Of a stretch of DNA of 64,000 nt, positions 12,390 through 24,167 are shown piece by piece. The DNA comes from Mustelus asterias (taxonomy: Eukaryota), in assembly GCF_964213995.1 (NCBI RefSeq), contig NW_027590151.1, forward strand, positions 310,001 through 374,000, in the 5' to 3' direction. The translations under genes were made by a program, and so were the position numbers. Positions within the stretch are counted from its first letter, which is position 1; each line of letters starts with the position of its first letter. Below the pieces are notes generated by a model. The model ran no database searches, was not told the origin of the DNA, and saw only the letters and a program-made list of their open reading frames with translations.

Positions 12390-13525
12390 GATGTGGAGAT
12401 GCCGGCGTTGGACTGGGGTAAACACAGTAAGAAGTTTAACAACACCAGGTTAAAGTCCAACAGGTTTATTTGGTAGCAAAAGCCACACAAGCTTTCGAGG
12501 CTCTGAGCCCCTTCTTCAGGTGAGTGGGAATTCTGTTCACAAACAGAACTTATAAGACACAGACTCAATTTACATGAATAATGGTTGGAATGCGAATACT
12601 TACAACTAATCCAGTCTTTAAGAAACAAAACAATGGGAGTGGAGAGAGCATCAAGACAGGCTAAAAAGATGTGTATTGTCTCCAGACAAGACAGCCAGTG
12701 AAACTCTGCAGGTCCACGCAACTGTGGGAGTTACAAATAGTGTGACATAAATTCTGATTCTAGGATCGCATGATAAAGAAAAACCCTGCCACAGCAACCT
12801 CTGCAAGACGTGCCGGATCATCGACACAGATGCCATCATCTCACGTGAGAACACCATCCACCAGGTACACGGTACATACTCTTGCAACTCGGCCAACGTT
12901 GTCTACCTGATACGCTGCAAGAAAGGATGTCCCGAGGCATGGTACATTGGGGAAACTATGCAGACGCTGCGACAACGGATGAATGAACACCGCTCGACAA
13001 TCACCAGGCAAGACTGTTCTCTTCCTGTTGGGGAGCACTTCAGCGGTCACGGGCATTCGGCCTCTGATATTCGGGTAAGCGTTCTCCAAGGCGGCCTTCG
13101 TGACACACGACAGCGCAGAGTCGCGGAGCAGAAACTGATAGCCAGGTTCCGCACACACAAGGACGGCCTCAACCGGGATATTGGGTTTATGTCACACTAT
13201 TTCACATAAATATTTCTGCTTTTTTCCTCCTGAGTCTTTATCATGCGATCCTAGAATCAGAATTTATGTCACACTATTTGTAACTCCCACAGTTGCGTGG
13301 ACCTGCAGAGTTTCACTGGCTGTCTTGTCTGGAGACAATACACATCTTTTTAGCCTGTCTTGATGCTCTCTCCACTCCCATTGTTTTGTTTCTTAAAGAC
13401 TGGATTAGTTGTAAGTATTCGCATTCCAACCATTATTCATGTAAATTGAGTCTGTGTCTTATAAGTTCTGTTTGTGAACAGAATTCCCACTCACCTGAAG
13501 AAGGGGCTCAGAGCCTCGAAAGCTT
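12390..13525 (+). mobile_element. Penelope-like element: inverted pLTR, GIY-YIG fragment, pLTR
   Basis: GIY-YIG peptide (NVVYLIRC..WYIGET..LRQRMNEHR); 292-bp inverted repeats at 12488-12779 and 13235-13526; 13-bp TSD gaatggttcacat. Confidence 0.9.
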
Positions 13526-13740
13526 GAATGGTTCACATCAGAGGATGGGGGAGGGGGACAATAAATAAGAGGTTACACTTTGGCCTCAAATCAATGAGGA
13601 CTCTGATCTCTGGGAAGGAAGGAAACCCTGGGAGATGGGCGGGGAGGATTCACAAACACCCGCTGGAGGCCCCAACATCCCCAATAAGACCCATTGGTTT
13701 TATTGTCAGTCTGCAGAAAGCAGCTGGAGAACTGAATCCA

Positions 13741-15566
13741 CAGGAAGAGTTTTAACAACACCAGGTTAAAGTCCAACAGGTTTATTTGGCAGCAAATGCC
13801 ATTAGCTTTCGGAGCACTGCTCCTTTGTCCGATTGAGTGGATATCTGCTCTCAAACAGGGCATACAGAGACAGAAAATCAAGTTACAGAATACTGATTAG
13901 AATGCAAATCTTTACAGCTAATCAGGTCTTAAAGATACAGACAGTGTGAGTGGAGGGATTAGGCACAGGTTAATGAAATGAGTATTGTCTCCAGACAGGA
14001 CAGCCAGTGAGATTCTGCAAGTCCAGGAGGCAAGCTGTGGGGGTTACCGATAGTGATCTGGATGAGGGTATAGTTGGGTGGATTAGCAAATTTGCTGATG
14101 ACACCAAAGTCGGTGGTGTGGTAGACAGTGAGGAAGGGTGTCGTAGTTTGCAGGAAGACTTAGACAGGTTGCAAAGTTGGGCCGAGAGGTGGCGGATGGA
14201 GTTTAATGCGGAGAAGTGTGAGGTAATTCACTTTGGTAGGAATAACAGATGTGTTGAGTATAGGGCTAACGGGAGGACTTTGAATAGTGTGGAGGAGCAG
14301 AGGGATCTAGGTGTATGTGTGCATAGATCCCTGAAAGTTGGGAATCAAGTAGATAAGGTTGTTAAGAAGGCATATGGTGTCTTGGCGTTTATTGGTAGGG
14401 GGATTGAATTTAGGAGTCGTAGCGTTATGTTGCAACTGTACACAACTCTGGTGCGGCCGCACTTGGAGTACTGTGTGCAGTTCTGGTCCCCACATTACAG
14501 GAAGGATGTGGAGGCTTTGGAGAGGGTGCAGAGGAGGTTTACCAGGATGTTGCCTGGTATGGAGGGGAGATCCTATGAGGAGAGGCTGAGGGATTTGGGA
14601 TTGTTTTCGCTGGAAAGGCGGCGGCTAAGAGGGGATCTTATTGAAACATATAAGATGATTAGAGGTTTAGATAGGGTGGATAGTGATAGCCTTTTTCCTC
14701 TGATGGAGAAATCCAGCACGAGGGGGCATGGCTTTAAATTGAGGGGGGGTAGTTATAGAACCGATGTCAGGGGTAGGTTCTTTACCCAGAGGGTGGTGAG
14801 GGATTGGAATGCCCTGCCAGCATCAGTAGTAAATGCGCCTAGTTTGGGGGCGTTTAAGAGATCCGTAGATAGGTTCATGGACGAAAAGAAATTGGTTTAG
14901 GTTGGAGGGTCACAGTTTTTTTTTTTTAACTGGTCGGTGCAACATCGTGGGCCGAAGGGCCTGTTCTGCGCTGTAATGTTCTATGTTCTATGTTCTAGTG
15001 TGACATGAACCCAAGATCCCGGTTTAGGCCGCCCTCATGTGTGCGGAACTTGGCTCTCAGTTCTGCTCAGCGACTCTGCGCTGTCGTGTGTCGTGAAGGC
15101 CGCCTTGGAGAATGCTTACCCGAAGATCAGAGGCTGAATGCCCATGACCGCTGAAGTGCTCCCCAACAGGAAGTGAACGGTCTTGCCTGGTGATTGTCGA
15201 GCGGTGTTCATTCAGCCGTTGTCGTAGCGTCTGCATGGTTTTCCCAATGTACCATGCCTCGGGGCATCCTTTCCTGCAGCGTATCAGGTAGACAATGTTG
15301 GCCGAGTTGCAAGAGTAGGTACCGTGTATCAGGTAGATGGTGTTCTCACGTGAGACGATGACATCCGTGTCGATGATCCGGCACGTCTTGCAGAGGTTGC
15401 TGTGGCAGGGTTGTGTGGTGTCGTGGTCACTGTTCTCCTGAAGGCTGGTTAGTTTGCTGCGGACAATGGTCTGTTTGAGGTTGTGCGGTTGTTTGAAGGC
15501 AAGAAGTGGGGGTGTGGGGATGGTCTTGACGAGATGTTCGTCTTCATCAATGACATGTCATTGATC
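13741..15566 (-). mobile_element. Penelope-like element interrupted by CR1
   Basis: pLTR plus GIY-YIG region; 13-bp TSD agaactgaatcca at 13728-13740 and 15567-15579. Confidence 0.85.
14056..14995 (+). mobile_element. Young 5'-truncated CR1 nested in Penelope
   Basis: Open RT C-terminal ORF, (ttctatg)n tail, TSD tagtg. Confidence 0.9.
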
Positions 15567-16078
15567 AGAACTGAATCCAGACAGAGGAGAGGGAGGGAGG
15601 GAGAAAACTGGGAATGGAGGAAAAGAATGTTGGAGATGATGAGATGGGTTTGGATTTCAGCCCAGGGAGGAGGGAGAGGGTGTGGAACGGGGATTTACAG
15701 GTTTGGGGGAACAAGCGGAAAAAATGTTCCAGAGAAACTAGAATTGTCTGTTCAGAATTTCTATCCTGGACTGACAGTAGTTTTGTTATCTTCTTTTGCA
15801 GGATATTTGAAGGGAAACTCAAATCAAATTTCATACGAATATTTTACAATCATTCGATTTATCAGCACCTAAACTCAATTAGCCTTTGAATGTGGAAGGA
15901 AAAATGTTTGTTCTGCCTGTGGGAAAATATTTCAAACATCAGTGTGACTGGAGAAGCATCGAGACACATGCACACACTGGAGTGAGACTGTTCCAGTGAA
16001 CTGACTGTGGAAAGAGCTTTACCCAGTTACGCAGCCTGAAAAACATCACACCATTCACTGTCGGGTGAAACCGTACAC

Positions 16079-17350
16079 GTGTTCTGTGTGGACAAGGATT
16101 TAACAGATCATCCAACCTGGAGCGACACAAAGACACCAGCACCATGGAGAAACTGTGGAAAAGTTTGTAAAACCCCATCTCAGCTGGAAATTCATCGACG
16201 CTGTCACACTGGGGAGAGACCATTCATCTGCTGTATGTGTGGTAAAGGATTCGCTCAGTCATTTAGCCTGGTGTCACACCAGCGAGTTCACACTGAGGAC
16301 AGACCTTTTAAATGCTCTGACTGTGGGAACAGTTTTAAGAGTTCTGAGGGTTTAATTCACCATCAACGGGTTCACACTGGCGAGAGACCATTCAATTGCT
16401 CTCAATGTGGGAAGAACTTCAGGCAAGTATCTCACCTCACTGAACACCTACGTGTTCACACTGGGGAGAAACCCTTCACCTGCTCCATGTGTGGGAAGGG
16501 ATTCACTTGTGCTTCCCACCTCACTGAACACAAGCGTGTTCACACTGGGGAGAGACCATTCAGCTGCTCTCAGTGTGGGAAACATTTCAGGCAGTATTCC
16601 ACCCTCACTGAACACAAGCGTGTTCACACTGGGGAGAGACCGTTTGTTTGCTCCTTTTGTGGGAAAGGATTTGTTAAATCATCCCATCTTCTTCGACACC
16701 AGCGCATCCACACTGGAGAGAGACCATTCACCTGCGCTGAGTGTGGGAAGAGATTCACTACAACATCTCACCTCAGTGAACACCAGAGTCTTCACACTGG
16801 GGAGAAACCTTTCACCTGCTCCCTATGTGGCAAGGGATTCACATGTTTATCCTACCTCAGAAGACACAAAATTGTTCACTCCGATGAGAGACCCTGTAAA
16901 TGTTCTGACTGTGGGAAGAGGTTTAAAAGCAGAAATGAACTGATGAAACACCAGCCTCTTCACACAGGGGAGAGGCCGTTTGCTTGCTCTGTGTGTGGGA
17001 AGGGATTCACTCAGTCATCACAGCTCAGCAACCATCAGCTTGTTCATACTGATAAGAGACTGTTTCAATGCTCTGACTGTGGAAAGAGCTTTAAAAGTGC
17101 AGGGAATCTGCAGAGACACCAAACCACCCACACTGAGAGAGGCTGTTCAGCTGCTCTTCATCTGGGAACTGATTCACTACTTCATCCCAAATCACTGAAC
17201 ACCTGCGGGTTCACACTGGTGGGAGGCCATTCATCTGATTTGAGTGTGGGAAGGGATTCACTGTCATCCAGCCTGCTAAAACACCAGTGCACTCCCACTG
17301 AGGGAGCATGTTCACCTGCTCCGTGTGAGACAAGGGATTCAATCAGTTAA
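16079..17350 (+). CDS. C2H2 zinc-finger gene C (11 intact fingers; start compromised)
   Basis: 423-aa ORF of tandem fingers; exon starts at 15802. The family-type ATG at 16144 is out of frame, and decayed fingers continue to about 17590. Confidence 0.8.
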   Translation: MFCVDKDLTDHPTWSDTKTPAPWRNCGKVCKTPSQLEIHRRCHTGERPFICCMCGKGFAQSFSLVSHQRVHTEDRPFKCSDCGNSFKSSEGLIHHQRVHTGERPFNCSQCGKNFRQVSHLTEHLRVHTGEKPFTCSMCGKGFTCASHLTEHKRVHTGERPFSCSQCGKHFRQYSTLTEHKRVHTGERPFVCSFCGKGFVKSSHLLRHQRIHTGERPFTCAECGKRFTTTSHLSEHQSLHTGEKPFTCSLCGKGFTCLSYLRRHKIVHSDERPCKCSDCGKRFKSRNELMKHQPLHTGERPFACSVCGKGFTQSSQLSNHQLVHTDKRLFQCSDCGKSFKSAGNLQRHQTTHTERGCSAALHLGTDSLLHPKSLNTCGFTLVGGHSSDLSVGRDSLSSSLLKHQCTPTEGACSPAPCETRDSIS

Positions 17351-17706
17351 GCAGCTTTATTTCACATCAACTTGTTCAGACTGAAAAATAAATGGTTTTG
17401 ATGTTCTGATTGTGACGAGATTTAAAAGATCTGCTGCAACACAAGCACAACACTGAGCAGAGGCTGTTTACCTGCTCCATGTGTGGGAAGGGATTCACTC
17501 AGTCATTGTATCTCAGTAAACATCAACTTGTTCACATTGAGAAGAGACTGTTTAAATGCTTGGACTGTGAGAAGAGGTTTAAAAGCTCCCTACCTAACAG
17601 CACCGTGTACCTGCACCACAGGGATTGCAGTGATTGAAGAAGGCAGCTCACCACCACCTTCACAAGAGTAATGAGGAAGGGCAATAAATGCTGGCCTGAG
17701 CATTTG

Positions 17707-18940
17707 AAAAATGGATAGAAGTCATCGGTGATTTTTCACTCAGTTATTAAGAAGCAACGGTTTAGATATGATACATAAAAGACATACAACCTGTAATAGG
17801 TAAGATCCCGGATGAAGGAAATACTGATCTCCGCTGATCGCTGAAGGTGATATTCTCCTCGGAATGGGATGTGGACAGAGATGCCCACATCCTGTAAATT
17901 AATATGAAAAAAGTAATCTGCTGAGACACCAACCCACAGATACTGGAGAGGCCTTTCACCTGCAGTGTGAGAGAGAAGCAATTTATTCTCATTCACCCTG
18001 CAGACACACCAGGGAGATAACAAGTGATTCCAGGGGTTGGATTCTGCTTTAATCACATCCAGAACTCAACTGTGTTCATTCTGATATTTGGAGTTTTTTT
18101 TTCAGTTGACGTTAATAATCCCTGGAACTGGGCTGGAGTTTAATAACCTGTATATAATTAAATCAGCTTTGTGACAAGCTCAGTGTTGGAGTCCTTGATT
18201 TCACTGAGAGGAGACTGATTGATGTCCTGTTACTGACTGTTCCATTGTTGGGTCTTTTCCCCTTTTTTAATGGAAGATTTATATTTATAATAGCGCCTTT
18301 CACAACTTCAGGATGTCCCAAAGTGCTTTACAGCCAATGAAGTTCGTTGAAGTGTAATCAATGCCTTAGTGTAGGAAATGCAGTCCCCAAATTGTGCACA
18401 GCAAGATCCCACACACAAATGTGATTGTGAGCAGAGAATCTGTTCAGTGATGATTGTTGAGGGATAAATATTAAGCAATAAACTTCTCTGCTCTTTGGAA
18501 TAACATCCTGGGAAGTTTTACACCCAACTAAGAGGGCAGATGGGGCCATGGTTGAAGGTCTCATCTGGAAGATGGGACCTGTGACAGTGCAGTGCTCCCT
18601 CAGAACTGCATCAGAATATCAGCCTGGATTTGATGCTGATGTTTCTGGATGTGGATTTGAACCCTCAACCTCCTGACTCACTGAGCCACAACTAACTCAT
18701 CATTACTCTAGATTATTTCAGTTACTCTCATGGACAAGTGTAAGGTTTCAGTCTGGGGATTATAGATGACCAGAAATACCCAAAAAATGGATAGAAGTCA
18801 CTGGTGATTTTTCACTCAGTTATTAAGAAGCAACAGTTTAGATATGATACATAAAAGACATACAACCTGTAATAGGTAAGATCCCAAATGAAGAAAGTAC
18901 TGATCTCTGCGGCTGGAGGTGATGTTCTCCTCAGAATGGT
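17707..18940 (+). repeat. Dispersed direct repeat of about 155 bp (17707-17865 and 18784-18940)
   Basis: aaaatggatagaagtca...ttctcctc[g/a]gaatgg present twice with few differences. Confidence 0.85.
18270..18692 (-). mobile_element. Deu-domain SINE (SacSINE1/AmnSINE1-like)
   Basis: gtgggatcttgctgtgcacaatt...ggctgtaaagcactttgggacatcctg...gaaaggcgctat tail; a decayed copy lies at about 59085-59285. Confidence 0.7.
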
Positions 18941-19209
18941 TTACTGATCCCGGATTAGAAGGATGCCGATCTCCTGTCTCAGTCACCTTTAACCACTTTG
19001 AGAAGCTCTTTGTTGTTTGAAGTGATTTCCCCACACACAATTCCATTTATGTAGCTTATTTCTGTGGCGGCGGGGGGTGGGACGGGGCTGGGCGGTGGTG
19101 TGGTGGCTCGTGTGGTGTGGTGGCTAGTGTTGGTGTTTATGTCAATCATTTATTTCATTATCATTTGCAAGGGACAGATGTTCAGTGAATTCCCTGTTAT
19201 TTCCATTCG

Positions 19210-19787
19210 AGTCATAGAGGTTTACAGCATGGAAACAGGCCCTTTGGCCCAACTTGTTCATGTTGCCCCTTTTTTTAACCACAAGGCCAGTCCCAGTTGT
19301 CCACATTTGGCTCATATCCCTCTTTACCCATCTTACCCATGTAACCGCTTTTTAAAAGACAAAATTGTACCCGCCTCTACTACTAACTCTGGCAGCTTGT
19401 TCCAGACGCTCACCACCCTCTGTGTGAAAGAAATGCCCATCTGGACCCTCTTGTATCTCTCCTCTCTCACCTTAAACCTATGCCCTCTAGCTTTAGACTC
19501 CCCTACCTTTGGGAAAAAATATCGACTATCCAGCTGATCTGTGCCCCTCATTATTTTATAGACCTCTATAAGGTCACCCCGAAGCCTCCTACGCTCCAGA
19601 GAAAAATGTCCCAGTCTATCCAGCCTCTCCTTATATCTCAAACCATCAAGTCCCAGTAGCATCCTAGTAAATCTTTTCGGCACTCTTCCTAGTTTTATAA
19701 TATCCTTTCTATAATAGGGTGGCCAGAACTGTACACAGTATTCCAAGTATGGCCTTATCAATGTCTTGTACAACTTCAATAAGACAT
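19210..19787 (-). mobile_element. CR1 3' fragment
   Basis: Same subfamily as 8560-9897. Confidence 0.85.
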
Positions 19788-19789
19788 TT

Positions 19790-22700
19790 GTTCGACTGGA
19801 GCAGGACAGAGGGAGAGATTCTCAGCAGCAGTGCTGAGGGTGAGTAAAGTGCTGTGATTTATTTATTTAATCCGTTTTGTCGCGGGCTTTTTTCAAGGGT
19901 TTAAACGAAGGGAAGTGGGAGTAGGCCACAGGGGATTCTGGGAGATTGTGTTTTTGTAGTATAAAAGTCACTCTCTACAGCGGGCAGCGTCGGGAGTGGG
20001 CAGCGGAGTGAGTGGGGAGTAGAGTGTGAACTGGCTTTGGCTCACAGCTTCGGCGAGGACAGGCAGAGGCAGGGTAGGGATTCACTTTTAAATTACACCA
20101 ACTTATACAAGGTAAATTGGTATGGAGGGATATGTAATGTGCTGTTTCTGCATGATGTGGGAGCAAGTGGACCCCAGGGACCATGTCTGCAGTAAGTGCT
20201 GGTTGCTGGAGGATCTCCAGCTCAAAATAGATGAACTGGACTCTGAGCTACAGACACTGAGGCTTATCAGGGAAGGGGAGAGCTATCTGGATAATGTGTA
20301 TAAAGAGAAAGGCACGTCCCTTAGACTGACTAACTTAGCTGGGGGTCAGAGACAACAGGGAGTGGCTGCAGGTGAGGCGGGAAGTGGGGGGAAGAAGGCG
20401 GGCAGACGGGGGAAGAAGGGAAGTAGTTTGCGGGAGGTAAAGTCCCAAGAACCTCAGCCCTTAAATCTTTGTAACAGATTTGAGGTTCTTGCCACCAGTG
20501 TAGATGGGAAAAATGACTGCGAGAAGGACGAGCAAACTGTCAGCAGTACCAGGGTGCAGGGTGCTGCTGCAACGGAGAAATCAAAGAGAAATGTAGTAGT
20601 AATTGGGGATAGTGTAGTTAGGGGCATAGACACTGTTCTCTGTGACCAGGAGAAGCAATACCGTAGGTTGTGTTGCCTGCCTGGTGCTCGGGTCCAGGAT
20701 GTATCATCTGGGCTGCAGAGGAATCTGGAGTGGGAGGGTGAAAATCCAGTTGTTGTGGTCCATGTAGGTGCCAATGAGATAGACAAAACAGGAACTAAGG
20801 ATCTACAGAGGGAGTACGAAGAGCTGGGGAACAAATTAAAAAGCAGAACCAACAAGGTGGTAATCTCTGGATTACTACCTGAGCCACGCACAAATTGGCG
20901 CAGGGTTAATAGGATTAAGGAGACGAATGCGTGGCTCAAGGATTGGTGTGGGAGGAATGGGTTCGAATTCATGGGGCATTGGCACCAGTATTTGGGCAGA
21001 TGGGACCTGTATAGATGGGATGGTCTCCGTTTGAACTGTGCTGGGATCAGAGTCCCAGCGAATCGTATCACTAGGGCTGTAGATAGGGGTTTAAACTAAT
21101 TTATGGGGGGGGGGAGGGTGCAGAGGTAAGAGGAATTACGAAATCAATGGTAGATGAGAGGGAGCGAGTGCAAGTGAATGAGGGCATTCAAGTAGTTAAA
21201 GGAGTAGAGGGCGAGGGAGAGGTTGATAGCGTTTCTTCAAATCGGGTCCAGATAAAAGCTGGAATTAGGACACTTTGCCTGAATGCAAGAAGCATTCGGA
21301 ACAAAGTTAATGAGTTGATGGCGCAAATCAGCACTAATGGGTATGATCTAGTGGCCATTACAGAAACGTGGCTGCACGGAGACCAGGACTGGGAGATGAA
21401 TATCCAGGGGTATCAGGCATTTAGGAAGAATAGACAGGAAGGAAAACGTGGTGGGGTAGCTCTGTTAATAAAAGATAATATCAGGGTAGTCGTGAGGGAT
21501 GACATAGGCTCTAAGGAACAAAACGTGGAATCGTTATGGGTAGAGATAAGGAATAGTAGGGGGAGAAAGACACTAGTAGGCGTGGTCTATAGGCCCCCAA
21601 ATAATAATGTTGAGGTGGGGAGGGCTATAAACAAGCAAATAATGGATGCGTGCAAAAACGGAACAGCAATAATCATGGGGGACTTCAACCTGCATATTGA
21701 TTGGCTGACTCAAGTTGGAAGGGGTGGGAGGGAGAGTTCTTAGAATGCTGTCATGATAGTTACCTTGAACAGTATGTTACAGAACCGACGAGGGAACGAG
21801 TTATCTTAGATCTGGTAATGTGTAACGAGGTAGGTAGAATTAAGGATGTTCTTGTGAAGGACCCTCTTGGGTCAAGTGATCACAATATGGTCGAATTTCT
21901 GATACAAATGGAAGAGGAGAAAGTAGGGTCCAATACCACTGTCCTCTGTTTGAACAGAGGGAAGTACGATAGGATGAGGGTTGAATTGGTGAAGGTGGAC
22001 TGGGAGAACAGACTGGTAGGTAGGACAGCTGAGGAACAGTGGAGGATTTTTAAGGAGATCCTTTTCAGTGCTCAACAACAATATAGAAGTGATAAAGAAG
22101 GGTTGTAAGAAAAGGGATAACCAGCCGTGGATAACGAAGGAAATTAAGGAGAGTATTAAATTGAAGACCGATGAGTACGGAGTGGCCAAAAACAGTGGAG
22201 AATCGGAAGATTGGGAAAACTTTAAGAAACAACAAAGAACGACTAAGAAAGCGATAAAGAAAGGAAAGATAGGTTATGAAGCCAGGCTAGCTCTAAATAT
22301 AAAAAATGATAATAAAATCTTTTACAAATATATAAAAAGGAATAGAGTGGCAAGAGTGAATGTTGGACCCTTGGAGGACGAGAGGGGGGATTTAATAGTG
22401 GGAAATGAGGAAGTGGCTGAAACTTTAAATAAGTTTTTTGTGTCGGTCTTCACGGTGGAAGACACAAATAGTTTACCGAATATTAACGATAGAGGGTTGG
22501 TAGGAGGAGAGGTACTCAATACAATTAATGTTACCAGGGAGGCAGTGCTTGGTAGACTAACGGGACTGAAGGTGGACAAGTCCCCGGGCCTGGATGGAAT
22601 ATATCCCAGGGTACTGAAAGAAATGTCAGAAGTAATAACGGATGCGTTAGTGGTTATTTGTCAAAATTCGTTGGATTCTGGGGTAGTGCCGGCGGATTGG

Positions 22701-24167
22701 AAAATGGCTAATGTTACGCCGCTGTTTAAAAAAGGAAATAGACAAAAGGCGAGTAACTACAGGCTAGTTAGCTTAACGTCTGTAGTTGAGAAATTGCTGG
22801 AATCCATCATTAAAGAAGAAATAGCAGGCCATCTGGATAAGAATGGTTCGATTAAGCAGACGCAGCATGGATTCATGAGGGGAAAGTCGTGCTTGACGAA
22901 CTTGTTGGATTTTTATAAAGATGTGACTCGTGCGGTTGACGGAGGGGAACTGGTGGATGCGGTGTTTTTGGATTTCCAAAAGGCGTTTGATAAGGTGCCT
23001 CACAAAAGGTTGCTGAAGAAGATTGGGTCACACGGAGTTGGGGGTAGGGTGTTCGCGTGAATTGGGGATTGGCTATCCGACAGGAAGCAGAGAGTCAGAA
23101 TAAATGGGTGCTTTTCTGGTTGGCAGATGGTAACGAGTGGCGTGCCGCAGGGATCGGTACTGGGCCTCAACTATTTACCATTTATATAGACGAACTGGAG
23201 GAGGGGACTGAGTGTAGGGTAACAAAGTTTGCAGACGACACAAAGATAAGTGGAAAAGTGAATCGTGTGGAGGGCTTAGAAGGTCTGCAGAGAGATTTGG
23301 ACAGGCTGAGTGAGTGGGCGAGGATCTGGCAGATGGAGTATAACGTTAACAAATGCGAGGTTATTCACTTTGGAAGAAATAATAGCAAATTGGATTATTA
23401 TCTAAATGGAAAGAAATTACAACATGCTGCTGTGCAGAGGGACCTGGGGGTCCTTGTGCATGAGACACAAAAACCGAGTCTGCAGGTGCAACAGGTGGTC
23501 AAGAAGGCAAATGGGATGTTGGCCTAGATCGCAAGGGGGATAGAATATAAAAGCAGAGACGGCTTGCTGCATCTGTACAGGGCATTGGTGAGGCCGCAGC
23601 TGGAATACTGTGTGCAGTATTGGTCCCCTTATTTGCGGAAGGATATATTGGCCTTGGAGGGAGTGCAGAGAAGGTTCACCAGGTTGATACCAGAGATGAG
23701 GGGTGTTGACTATGAGGAGAGACTGAGTAGATTGGGTTTGTATTCGTTGGAATTTAGAAGGTTGAGGGGGGATCTTGTAGAGACCTATAAGATAATGAAG
23801 GGGCTGGATAGGGTAGAGATGGAGAGATTCTTTCCACTTAGAAAGGAAACTAGATCGAGAGGGCATCGCCTCAAAATAAAGGGGGGTCAATTTAGGACAG
23901 AGTTGAGGAGGAACTTTTTCTCTCAGAGGGTGGTGAACCTCTGGAATTGTCTGCCCACTGAAGTGGTGGAGGCTACCTCGTTGAATATGTTTAAATCACG
24001 GATAGATGGATTCCTGATCGGTAAGGGAATTAGGGGTTTTAGGGATCAGGTGGGTAAGTGGAACTGATCCACTTCAGATCAGCCATGGTTTTATTGAATG
24101 GCGGGGCAGGCTCGAGGGGCGAGATGGCCTACTCCTGCTCCTATTTCTTATGTTCTGATGTTCTTAC
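19790..24167 (+). mobile_element. Near full-length CR1 LINE (ORF1 open, ORF2 disrupted)
   Basis: ORF1 20122-21099 has a zinc finger and SGNH esterase (IGDS, LPGA, HVGAN). ORF2 has APE endonuclease and RT with frameshifts and a stop; (ttcttatg)n-like tail. Confidence 0.95.
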
